Shown here: piece after piece, positions 1 to 10,910 of the stretch
Layout: each line of letters begins with the position of its first letter
Numbering within the stretch: position 1 is the stretch's first letter
Source: Lama glama
Lineage: Eukaryota
Reading direction: 5' to 3'
DNA: 64,000 nt
Assembly (NCBI GenBank): GCA_028534125.1
Contig: CM052817.1
Span: 79,858,001 to 79,922,000 of the forward strand
Program-made: the position numbers and the translations under genes
Notes under the pieces: model-generated
The model's database searches: none
Told to the model about the DNA's origin: nothing
Seen by the model: the letters and a program-made list of their open reading frames with translations, nothing else

Positions 1-9
1 GTCAAATCA

Positions 10-200
10 AATAAGGTAAGGATTTAGATGGATTTGCGAGTTGAGTAATTTGGAGGTCATTGTTGACCAAAGAAAGGACAATTTTAATGATACAGCGATA
101 GGGTGTGGGATGGGTAGAAATCAGACTATAGTGGTTTGAAGTGGATAGGAGGTGAGGGAGTGTAGACACATGCATAGACTACGCTTTGAACAAGCTTAAA
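10..200 (-). mobile_element. L2 LINE fragment (degenerate L2-like sequence may extend to ~1 kb)
   Basis: GAGGTCATTGTTGACC...GAAATCAGACTATAGTGGTTTGAAG...GGAGGTGAGGGAGTGTAGAC resembles the antisense L2 body. Confidence 0.55.
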
Positions 201-1193
201 TTAAGGTCACGTGAATCCCCAAACCTCTCTCCTCCACGTGAAGTGAGGCCATGCCCACACTAACCTGTGGACTGGAGTAGATGGAGGCAGCTGTTGAAAG
301 CAAGTAAGTGTTTAGAGCTGAGAATGAAGTGGGAAAGTGACTCCAGTAAGTCAGATAGGGGAGTTTGAAAGGGTCTCCAAAGGAAATAGGCCAGAGCCAG
401 GGTCTGAAGCTGGACTAGGGGAGCAAGACAGACATCTAGGTCAGGAGTTTATAGGCAGGTCGTCAAGAAGAATGAGCTTGTGTGTGCTGCCAGGTTTGCA
501 GTTCAAGGAATTGATCAGGGGCCCAGGATCAGTTGGGGAGAGAGGAAAGCTAATGAACTGAGAGAATGGAAAGGGTGAAGGCCTGGCTGTCGCGATCGAG
601 CCTCAGGGAAGATGTAGTAGGGCAGTTTGAGAGCAAAGAGCCTAGCAAGTGGGTGTTTTTATATATGTAAAGATTTCAGACAGAGAATGGTTCCAGGTGA
701 TGAAGTCTGGTGCATGGTCATGGGAGGGGTCTGATGATGGGGTAAAACATGCAGATGTTTGGAACTGAGCCGCTCATGATTCTGAGAAGCTACAGTGTTG
801 TGGAATCCTCCTCGTGGTCACTGAAATCACCCAGGATGTTGGTAGAATCCGGATTCAAGAAAAAGAACTTGTCTCAGTCTTCAAAGAACATGGAAGAGTT
901 CATGGAGGAGTTGACAATCCTCAATAAGAAGTAAGGGGAGAGCCAAGCTAGATGGTATAAACTTCAAAGCAGGAATGAATTTTGCACAAGAGTGTACGTG
1001 TAATGGGCATTGGGAAGGAGATCTTCAACTCCTCTTGGACCTGCCATACATTTACGAGGGCTGCAAAGGAAGTGTCCTTGAGGTAGGGACAGGAATTGGA
1101 AAGTTCCATTTCAGTGAAATTATGTAAGGAGAAAAGATCGTCTTTACCATATACATGTAAAAACTATATGTTGACAGAAACTAAGGATCATCT

Positions 1194-1199
1194 TTTATT
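1194..1199 (-). terminator. Candidate distal polyadenylation signal of IL21
   Basis: AATAAA followed ~20 nt later by ...TTTCTGTCA and a T-rich/GT-containing downstream tract (TAGTTTTTACATGTAT). Confidence 0.55.
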
Positions 1200-1734
1200 T
1201 TCTGCTAAGACTATTGAATTATGGGCTTCCAGGGAATCACAAAAGACAGTAGTACTGACTGGGTAGTATTTAATATGATCAGGTCTTAAATATGAAGCCA
1301 TGAACATAAACATTTAAAACCAAATATATAATAAATAATCATTAAGTTATAAAGTACATAGTTTATATTAAACTAAATTCTCAAATGCAAATGTAAATAC
1401 AACAGAGCAATAATATAGAATAATAATGCTACAATTTTATACGTGTCCAAAGAAGACACTTTGAGCTAAAATGGTAAAAATCATGATTAATTTTTCCTGA
1501 ACTCCCATGACCTACAGCAATCTTTTTTCCTTCCTTCTTTCCTTCCTTCCTTCCTTATTTTTTCCTTCCTTCCTTTTTTGGGGGGAAACATGTCCCTTCT
1601 TCCTGCTATTGAAATAATGTTGAGCAAATGAACATCAGGTTCAGTAGAAAGTTTTACTCGGGAGTATGATCAGATGTTCCTATAAGAATATCCAGTACTT
1701 CAGATACTCATAGACATATAAAGCTCAAAAAAAG

Positions 1735-1860
1735 GCAGAATATTCCTTAGAGATTAAGTCCAACACCCTCACTCTACAGATAAAGAAATGGAAACCAAAA
1801 AATTTAAGGAAATGACCACAATTTCACAGCCAGCGAGATTTCCAGTCTCCTGCACCACCA
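1735..1860 (-). mobile_element. MIR/MIR3 SINE fragment
   Basis: Antisense core-SINE motif CTCACTCTACAGATAAAGAAATGGAAACC. Confidence 0.5.
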
Positions 1861-3815
1861 TCCATAGGTGAACAGCAATGCTTACAGGTTAGCCTAAGAT
1901 CCTTTTGGAGGGCTGACTAGGTCTTGAACACAGAGCAGTGAAGATGGAGCAGTTCAAGTCTCACTTCTTCATCTTGTTTATTCTGATGCATTGCTTTCCT
2001 TGGGATGTCGCTAGGGTCTTTAGCCGAGTCTTTAAACTCAGTTTAGTGAAGGCTTTTAGCCAGCAATCCATTAAATTAATTTTATTTTTAAAGTAGAATC
2101 TCTGGTTGAAAGGATTAGAACAGAGATTTTTAACAGTTAACACACCAAAATAAATATGTTATTTTAAATATAAAATCACAGTGTGAAAGAAATCAACAAT
2201 GGTAAAGCCAGAAACAAGAAATAAGGACTCCATCTTTCCCAAGTCAACCTCGTTCTTACTTTCCATATTAATCCCAACAACCTGGCCTGACTCTGGGGCA
2301 GGCTGTAGATACATGTTGTCATCGTGGTGCATGTATTTACATGACTCCTTTGTAATAACATTTTAAAATTCTAGCACAGCATACCTTATTTCTGAGGATA
2401 AAACATTTCATTGAGATTTCATAGAATCATTGATTTCTAACATATGTTTTAGAACCATAAATTAATCTGTACTTGTTTAAAAAATATTTTTAAGTAGATC
2501 ATTTTTCTTCTCAAAGCATAAAGTATTTCCCATTCAACATCCTCTTGTACACTCAGCCATTTTACAATAAGAGATTCTCAAATAGCTTATAACAGTCTAG
2601 TGAAAATTTTATTTTTCTAGCGTTTTTAACTGTATATTTAAATAAACTGCTGGAGTTGATATGAAATGGCAGTTAGAGCAGGCTGCTTGTTTCTACTACC
2701 CATGGTTGAAAAGATGGGGATGCTTATGCAAAGGTCTGTTTTCTACTAGGACAGGAGTCCTGGCCTCTTGATTTGTCTCTTGATTTTGGTTTTGTAGAGG
2801 TGATTTACCTTATATAGAGCGTGCAAACACAAAGTGTCTGCCAATTTAAAAAGATGAAATAAAAGGCAGGAAGAAAGAAGGAAGGAAACAGACGTTTGGC
2901 ATGATTAGCTCACTCCCATACAATCATTATAACAATTGGGGAAGAGAGCCACAAGACTTAGAAAAATTCTGTTTGGTTCCAGAAGACCACCTAATGTATG
3001 TCCCTCTATAAATTTTAATTGCCATTTCCATAAGCTTAGAATGTTAGCTTATAAAGGGACTTAAGTTGCGGAAGGTACTATTACACCCACTTAGAGAAAA
3101 AGAGACTGAAAGAGTCTATTCCATAAATACATTCATGTCTATAGTATTTAAATATTTTGATAAATCCCAATAAAGAAGTCAGAGTTTTTTTGAGCCATCT
3201 CGTAAAGCTATCTTCCTGGTACATAAATAAATCATATGTTAGACATTCTGAGGGAAAAACCTCTTCATATATAGATTTTAAATACTCAGTTTTCATCTTC
3301 TTAAAAGAATAAATGTTCAACTTTGATTTTCACCCTATACTTCTGTGTTTTTCCTCTTGAGTGAAGGTGTAGAACTTCTAAGTTATGATCATCAGAAACC
3401 TCATTCTTGTGGTAATCAAGATCAAGGGGAATATAAGATCAATAAATCCCCAAATTGTATTTTTGGCTAAAAAATTTTAAGCTTCTCCAAGAGATGTCAT
3501 AGTTGGGCAGTAAGATCAAGTTAAAACTTTAGAAGTCATCAAAACCTATAACACAGGAAATCAGACTCTAATTGAGAACAAAGTCTTTTCAAGTTGACCA
3601 AACACAGAGTGTGTGGATCAAACTGAAGTACTGCATAGTGATTTGGGGTAAATAATCCTGACTTTGAACACTTATCTGAGTTTTTCCCCCATCACTAATA
3701 TGTCGTACTCCTCCATTTGGAATACCAAGAAGTGAATTTCACTACTGTGTTAGAGTCTGTAATATAGTGTCCAGCTTCAAGTGAGATCTTCTGCAACCTT
3801 CGTATTCCACATGTT

Positions 3816-3839
3816 CTAGGAGAGATGCTGATGGATCAT
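3816..3839 (-). CDS. IL21: Interleukin-21 coding exon 5 (MIHQHLS-stop)
   Basis: Acceptor TTTCCACAG| then ATG ATC CAT CAG CAT CTC TCC TAG. The exons sum to 462 nt = 153 aa plus stop. Confidence 0.97.
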   Translation of the reverse strand: MIHQHLS

Positions 3840-3931
3840 CTGTGGAAATAGTATACCATGAGTAACCCAAGTATAGGAAGCAATCTGGATAAAGATGAAC
3901 TTGACAGTCAGATATAATTTAAGTTATATAC

Positions 3932-4009
3932 CTTTTGGATGAGTGATTTCAGTCTTTCTAGGAATTCTTTGGGTGGTTTTTTCTCATAAGAATCACATGA
4001 AGGGCATGT
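3932..4009 (-). CDS. IL21: Interleukin-21 coding exon 4
   Basis: 78 nt: [26 protein letters not shown]. Acceptor TTTCTAG|, donor AAG|GTATAT. Confidence 0.98.
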
Positions 4010-4169
4010 CTAGAAATCAATGAAAGAATAATAATCTTCTTTAAAGCTTTTTTCCTATTTAATAAAATGTTTATTCAAAGCTTGTTTTTCCAGTTGGAGA
4101 CATAAATCACGTTCACTGAAAAACTTTGAGAAGTACTTAAAATTGTTCAAAAAATAACAATGAGAAAAA

Positions 4170-4720
4170 TCGCTTGTAATCCCATCCTCAGATATAACCA
4201 CTGCAATGTTCTGATATATGTCCTCCCAGTAATTTTTTCTTTTCACTTATGTTATTTACACTGGTTATTAATTTGATTTCTTACACTTAACATATCACAA
4301 GCATTTTCTATGTGTTACATATTCTTCAAAAATATGACCCATAATGGTTGCCTTGCATTCCTACGTAGGAGTGAAGTATTACTGTTTTTGGACACATAGA
4401 TTTCTTCTAACTTTTCACGATTGTATACAATGCTGCAGTGAACGTCTCTGAATAATTTTTCACATACATCTTTATTTTATTTGATAAATTACTAGAAGTA
4501 GAATTGCTAAATTAAATTAAAAAGATAAAAATTTTTAAGGCTTTTGATGCACATGGTAAAACTTTTACCTCTATTTACAGAGAACATTCTTACCATTACT
4601 GGGTATCATTAAAATTTTTAATTGGAAAAAAATAGAATTTCCTGCCTTAACTTGCATTTATTTGACTATGGGGAGATCAAACAATTTTTAATATGTGTAT
4701 TCCTCAGTTACATGTCTTTA
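4170..4720 (-). mobile_element. Old L1 (L1M-type) 3' fragment in IL21 intron 3
   Basis: Degenerate antisense L1 motifs such as ACAATGCTGCAGTGAACGTC, GATAAATTACTAGAAGTAGAATTGCT and AACTTGCATTTATTTGACTAT. Confidence 0.55.
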
Positions 4721-4817
4721 AAAAATATTATTGGTTTGTGTTCTTTATCCTTATTCCTGTTGAGAGACCAAACACCAGGCCATTGCTTGCTGCTTAGCAT
4801 CTCTAATGCTGGTTTGA

Positions 4818-4975
4818 TGTGGTGAGAGATAGTTGACTGAAAAGTAAAAGACCAGAAGTTCTAATTCTCACTCTGGCACTTACTAATGGGGCTTGGGACA
4901 AGTCGCTTAACATCTTTGGTCTCGTTTTCCTATCTATCAAATGAAGGTGTTTAACCAGATAGTTCTAAGTCCAGT
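4818..4975 (+). mobile_element. MIR/MIR3 SINE
   Basis: CTCTGGCACTTACTAAT...TTGGGACAAGTCGCTTAACATCTTTGGTCTCGTTTTCCTATCTATCAAATGAAGG matches the MIR core. Confidence 0.7.
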
Positions 4976-5832
4976 GCGATACTACCATTTCATGTGTCTT
5001 TGATACTAGATTTCATGCTCAGCCCCCTTCTTCCTGAGGAAAGTTTTAGAGGAATACATTTCACATTGCAACCTGGCCAAGCAATCAAAGTAAGTAAAAA
5101 TTTTGTTATTGTCTTAAGATCTCATTTGAACTGCATGTGAAATTCCTTGGAGGAGAGAGAACTGATTTTTTAAAGTTTGAGTAATTTATCTTATAGGTTT
5201 ATTAACTGGTTTTGTTTAATGCTTTAATTACTCATGAGATTATCAGCTTTTCTCATGAGTTGGCATAGGAGGAAATATACAACAGGGTCTCAGGGCCCCA
5301 AAAAGCTAGGGACAATTGAAATTCCCCAGCCAAATAATGGCGTCTACCCATTGAAATGACTCCAAAATTGTACAGGATGGTAATATTCTTTAAGAGAGGA
5401 AGGCAAAGTCTGAGATTTATCCTGGTGTCTTGTAGACTGTCTCTTTTCTTGTAGGAAAACTAGGATCTAGCTCCTGTTAATAAGAATACAAGTTATATGC
5501 AATCGTATAATGAGAGGAAAATATTTTTTAATCCCTAAGTCACAGTTGGATTCTCTGCCTGACTTCCTCACCTTGGAAAGCTATATTAATTTATTCTGTG
5601 TATCAGAGACTGTCAGCAAATTCTAATTGGGTTTCTAGGCACTTTCAAGTCTGTAGACTGAAAAGAGGTGACTTTGCTTCTTGAAACACACTATATGTGA
5701 TAAGGTGTAACATGTAACTGGAAGGAAGGCACCGAGGGCTCTGGCTATATGGGCATGCAAGCGCGCCTGTATATAATGTAATAAATACAGTTAATAAGTA
5801 CAAATGAGAAAGATGACAAATGATAATCTTAC

Positions 5833-5988
5833 TAGTCCATGTTTCTGTGTTCTCCTTGCATTCGTGGCAGGTAGTTTCCTCTTCAGCTGCTTAGTTAATA
5901 TATTGATTATCTTTTCCTTATCTCCCGCATTTGCTGACTTTAGTTGGATCTTCTGGAAACACGAAAAAGCTGACCACTCACAGTGTCT
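5833..5988 (-). CDS. IL21: Interleukin-21 coding exon 3
   Basis: 156 nt: RHCEWSAFSCFQKIQLKSANAGDKEKIINILTKQLKRKLPATNARRTQKHGL. Acceptor TTTCTCTTTCAG|, donor CTA|GTAAGA. Confidence 0.98.
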
Positions 5989-6887
5989 CTGAAAGAGAAA
6001 TAATTCGTGTACGTGTTAATGAAAGTTATTCAAAAAGTGAAAATGACCTTCCCAATCCTCCTTTTCTACTCCTGCTACAATGTCTTGGATCCCATTCATT
6101 TCAGCAGACAAATGAGGAATGATTTCATGTTCCTTCTTACTTCGGGGGCTGAAGAGAATGAGCTCCCTGCCATGTAAAATTTCCCTGTGTTAGGGAAGAG
6201 AGGACATCTCCCTGTCTCACAGACAAGAGGAGGGAGCCTCACTTTGCCACAGTTCTTTATTCCTAATGTCATTTTGAGGTCTGGGTGTTGGGAAGGACTT
6301 TGGTGTTTCATAAGGGAGAGTTAGTTTGGTTTTAGAACACACTTTATGAACTATGAGGCTGTAAGAGTTACATTATGACTGTTGGCAGCTGTAGTCTGAT
6401 TAAAAAAATTTTTCATTTGTTTTTTGTTTCTCTCTGCGTTGGACATAAGAGTATCTAGCAGTGACATACGTGGCTTGAGCATGTATGTCCTCATCCTGTA
6501 CAACACCTGGCATAGTGTCTTGTTGCTCATGAGTGCTCAACAAATATCTGTGAAGTCAGCAAATGGGGTAAGTGAGTTAAAGCACCTCCTTTGGGGATAG
6601 GAAGTGGTTACCTACCTCAGATGGCATATTCCAAATGTAAGATTCAGTACACCTGCTATATCCCATGCTTGACTTTTCTAAAATCCTATCCATACTCTCT
6701 GGTCAGTTAGGGTGGGATTCTGCCTGAATCAAGCAGTTGAGGAACAAAATTCGAGACTTGCCCCACTAATGAGAGGGAAGACCGCCCCTCAGAAAGTAGG
6801 AGTAACGTCTCAGAGCATGGAGAGGTGGACAGAACAAGAATCCAAAATTTGACTCTTGGTTTAGTTGAATTACTAGGTTGTTTTGGG

Positions 6888-7105
6888 TTTTTTTTTTTCT
6901 TTTTTGGAATTATAACATCATGTTTATTGAGAAAATTTTCTTCAGCTAATATTCTGGGGATAAAAGAGGAAACTTCCTCCTCTTGTTCTTGCCACTTGAG
7001 TATATTCTCTGCCAGTTCTTCTGTCTCAGTCACCAAAATACCCATCTTTTCTAAAGCCATGCTCATTTTCTTTAGATTTGCATCTAAATGAGAGATATTT
7101 CTAGT
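6888..7105 (-). pseudogene. HAUS2: 5'-truncated processed pseudogene (retrocopy) of HAUS2 (augmin subunit 2/CEP27) within IL21 intron 2
   Basis: Translation [66 protein letters not shown] aligns without gaps to the recalled HAUS2 C-terminal region ([66 protein letters not shown]). It is followed directly by a poly(A) tract at 6888-6905. Confidence 0.88.
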
Positions 7106-8758
7106 GACCAAGTGAATAAGTACAAGTCTTAGAAATTGAACTGCAAATGATATGGAATATATTGGAAAAACAAAATTTATACTAACTTATTGAAAATATT
7201 TTAATGCTGATCTAAGAATTTGTATCCAAGTTACTTTCTTCTTTCAGCAACTGTGTGTATATGATGCAATTTCCCCTTGCAAAGTTGCTATGTCTTCATT
7301 TCACTAATATGTTTGGAAGCCACTGCTGTATAACCAGAAGCCTCAGTTTCCCTCAGTTCCTACCAGTGCCATCCCATATATAAGAATATTACCTGAGTCT
7401 TCTCATGGACAATCAGCTGAAAATAGCATCTGGCCTGCTTTGCATTTTCCAACCTATATGGTTACCCAATATGAATGTCGATTAATAACACACATCTTTA
7501 AGGCACAACCCCGTCAGATTTGCTTTGCATACGTAGCCACAAGCCGAGAACCAGCTTATCTGGTTTCCTTATATCAGAGCAGCTTGCCTCTCATAAGGGC
7601 GAGATAGTGTCCTTTACATATGTTTGCCAAAATGCTTATTTAATAGAAACTATTTATAAATGTTAATTATAGCACTTTTTTTTTCCTTGAAAACCACATG
7701 TTCATGTTTGTTGAAGTTTTTTCTTTTCTCTTCTTTTTGACCACAACCGGCTTAACTTACTGGAAAAAAATAATATTCATATTTAAAGAGGTATATTTTC
7801 CAGCTGAAACTGAAAACACTAACTGCTTCATCCGTGATGATCTGAGAAACCAGCATTTCTCACAGAGGCCCATTTTGCTGAGTTAACATTTACACATGTA
7901 TGTTGAAAGAAAATTAGGTTCCAAAGAAGTATAGGGGCCTACCAAATGAACTCCCTTGAGACAGTATTGCCAAGAGTGGCCAAGACAAGTGAACCAAGAT
8001 TTTGCACCTGAGAAAGCCTTTTCAAAAGCCTCTGGTATCTGGACACAGATGCCCATACTGATAGGCATCCCTCTCCTGCTCTTCCTTGTTCCCCTGTCCA
8101 CAGACAATAGATTTTTGCTTTGTGCTTTCTGCAAGCAGAAGAGCTGTTCCTGTCATTCTGTGGTCCAGGACAAACAACTGCTAGATTTGGCTTCAGGTGC
8201 ACATCAAAGGCAGCCCCAAAGAAGAAAAGAAGTGGAGGAGCTGTTCTGCTAACTGCCTAAAGACTGTGTTGAGACGGGGAGTGGAGAGATTAACCTCGAT
8301 TCAGGCAGCTGTCGGTGCCCTGTCACTCAGGATGACCCCAAGTTCCTGTGCAGCACTACCACCTGGGAGCAAAACCATTGCTTTCCTTTGCTGTGCCTTG
8401 CAGACTCAGAGGACAAGGCTTTGTTTCCCTCATCTGTCCACACCTGGAACGTGAGGAGTTAGCTGTCCTACATTAGTTTTGCAAAATAGAGGGCGCAGTA
8501 AGAAAATCAAAAGCAAGCTTAACAAACCACTCTCCTTTTTAGCCGGAGAGCAGTCAAGCACTGCTTTTGCAGAGAGGTGCACTTGGCTTTGTTGATTTGC
8601 AATTGAATATTTGAAAATATTTGCCTCCTTACAACTTATTTTTGACCTACTTACTTTTTTTTTTTTTAACCTGGCTAAGAAAGCCTGGCCATTCATACTA
8701 GGAAGTCTTGCTAACTGGATAAAATTACCTTTGTCCCACATACAAACTAGGTTTTCAT

Positions 8759-8976
8759 CAGGATGTCTCCACAGTGGCACTATTGACATTTTGAGCTGGA
8801 TAATCCTTTGTTGTCAGGGCTGTCCTGTGCATTCTAGAATGTTTAGTAGCATTCCTGGCCTTTGCCTACTAGACACTAATAGAAACCACCCCCACACAAT
8901 TGTGGCAACCAGAAATTTTTCCAGACAGTGCCATATGTTCTCATGGGACAAAATCACCAGCGGATGAGGACCACTG
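8759..8976 (-). mobile_element. MER20 (hAT-Charlie MITE) in IL21 intron 2
   Basis: GGCACTATTGACATTTTGAGCTGGATAATCCTTTGTTGT...GGCTGTCCTGTGCATTCTAGAATGTTTAGTAGCATTCCTGGCC...GAGGACCACTG; ~220 bp, about full length. Confidence 0.85.
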
Positions 8977-10120
8977 GTTATATGAATAGAAAGAGGAAGG
9001 AGGATGCCTGGTGAGGGCAATTGGCAATCTTACATGATCACCATATATCAAAATTTATATGCAACAGTTAAATGAATTTATTTTCGTTAAATTTTTTAAT
9101 CTTTTAAAAATCTCTGATAGACTCTGCTGTGATGCTAGCCCTGAAAAACTTGATAAAACTCTACTGTGGCCTTGAACTATTTTCTTTTTCCTGTGTTTCC
9201 TGCTAGCCTAGCTTAAAGATCTTAGTTATACCATTACTCACTTTATCAAAGCCAGCATGCATGATCAGATTATCAGATAGGTAAAGTATCACTGAGACAA
9301 AATCTTGTCATTATGATGTCAGATAAAAAACATCTCTCTTTAACAAAGCATGTAAAAGAAGTACCCACTGAATCAACTCAGGTTAGGAAATGGGATATGT
9401 TTCTTATTTTGGAAGTTCTAGACAGCAGCTAAAAACCTCCCGAAAGAACTCTAACCACAGCAGTTAAACAAAGGGCATGAGATGCTGAAAATATATATGT
9501 TTTGATTATTAGAACAGTAAGAAATTGTGTTACTTATTGGAAAAGTCTTTCCAATGAGCTGAATGTGCTACTTTCATTTTAGATGCTTCTTATTAGAAAA
9601 GGACCGAGTAAATGAGAGTGGTTAGGTTCAGAGCTAGAGAGTGAATTTTAGAGAAAAGCAATAGTTGTGACTCATTCACTTTCTAAACTTTTACATATAG
9701 TCATTTACGATAATTGTTTTCTTTGCAATGTATCTTCATAAGTCTCCCCTTTGTAGTGTCCTAATTACTGGTAGCACTTATATAGTTATTCTAATTTATG
9801 CAGTTAAAGGTCTGTGGCAGTGAAAACATTTCCCCCAGTTGCGTTTATATCCTCGGGGTACCAAACCTGAAGACCAGATCGAAGTTACCAAGGAAAAGAT
9901 CAGCACACAGCACTCTTGAACTGTATGCTAGGCCTCTTCTTCCTGGGAACTAACGGATTTAAATGCCTTAAAGAACTGAATGAGTTGTTGAAAATGATCC
10001 TTTCAAAAGATCTCACGGAAGGCCAAAGACAAGACTCGTTGAGACCAAGGTATATGGGAATTATATTCTAAAGGACGGCCTTGATTTCCATACTGCCATT
10101 CTTCCATGCTGTTCCTGTAA

Positions 10121-10203
10121 TCTCTTTTTCTTCCTTCCTTCCTTCCTTCCTTCCTTCCTTCCTTCCTTCCTTCCTTTCTTCCTCCCTTTCTTTTCTTTTC
10201 TTT

Positions 10204-10282
<79 letters not shown>

Positions 10283-10331
10283 CTTTCCTTCCTTCCTTCC
10301 TTCCTTCCTTCTCCCTTTCTTTCTTCCTTTC
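10121..10331. repeat. Compound polypyrimidine microsatellite (TTCC)n-(TTTC)n-(TTCC)n
   Basis: Directly visible: ~210 bp composed essentially of C and T. Confidence 0.97.
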
Positions 10332-10766
10332 TAGTTATTAAAGGGGAATCCTGCTTCTTATGGTATGTGTCTATATTTCTTAAATAGGTTTACAAAGAGG
10401 CTCAAGAACTTTCATGCACAAGGACTCTTAAAATGTGATTAGTTTGGTTATTGTTCAGAAAATGATCATAGTATAGATTTATTTTCTAGTTTTGCTATTC
10501 TGTCTCAACAATACTACTTGGGAATACTCAGAGATATTTGGAGATAAAAATATATCTTATAAAGTATGTAGTGTTTTATTGCTTGGCTTGCTGGTAAATC
10601 AATGAATACTTAAGCAAAATAGAAATAACTATTTTACCAATTACTAAACCCTCCAATTCATTGAAATTAAGTATATTCCTAAATAACCACGTTAATGCCT
10701 TTCTTAATTGGACTTAAAAAAACTTACATCAAATATATTTTCACAAATGAATTCAGCTGGTCTTAC

Positions 10767-10802
10767 CTTTACGTCTTCTGGAGCTGGCAGAAAGTCAGGG
10801 TC
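10767..10802 (-). CDS. IL21: Interleukin-21 coding exon 2
   Basis: 36-nt exon DPDFLPAPEDVK, with acceptor ...CTCTAG| and donor AAG|GTAAGA; phase 0. Confidence 0.98.
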
Positions 10803-10910
10803 CTAGAGCAAGAGAAAATTAGTTCTGAGTTATTTGTATAAGTCAAGAAGCTCCTTTCATACTAATTGAAGAATCTGGCTTAAATTTTGTTGTGACAAGT
10901 GTGGCCTTAC

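Larger units (their letters stand above)
1170..3815 (-). other. IL21: Probable long IL21 3' UTR with AU-rich elements
   Basis: AT-rich, mostly unique sequence following the stop codon, with many ATTTA pentamers on the minus strand (e.g. ATTTATTTAT near 3223-3232). It ends near a canonical AATAAA; the extent is inferred. Confidence 0.6.

Noticed and set aside
5230..5260. Inverted repeat ACTCATGAGA...TCTCATGAGT in intron 3
   Set aside because: 10-bp arms only; no evidence of function.
6707..7111. 134-aa ORF as a functional nested gene or an in-frame IL21-HAUS2 fusion exon
   Set aside because: It starts at a non-ATG codon and runs through the poly(A) (poly-K) into unrelated intron. The three nearby AG acceptors (7141, 7128, 7101) spliced to phase-0 exon 2 give early stops or the wrong frame.
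10081..10341. ORFs over simple repeats (also 54403-54754, 55401-55633, 24945-25155)
   Set aside because: Low-complexity translations of microsatellites or L1 tails.
10857..10910. C-terminal part of the 73-aa ORF (VRPHLSQQ...)
   Set aside because: Read-through into intron 1 past a canonical GTAAGG donor.
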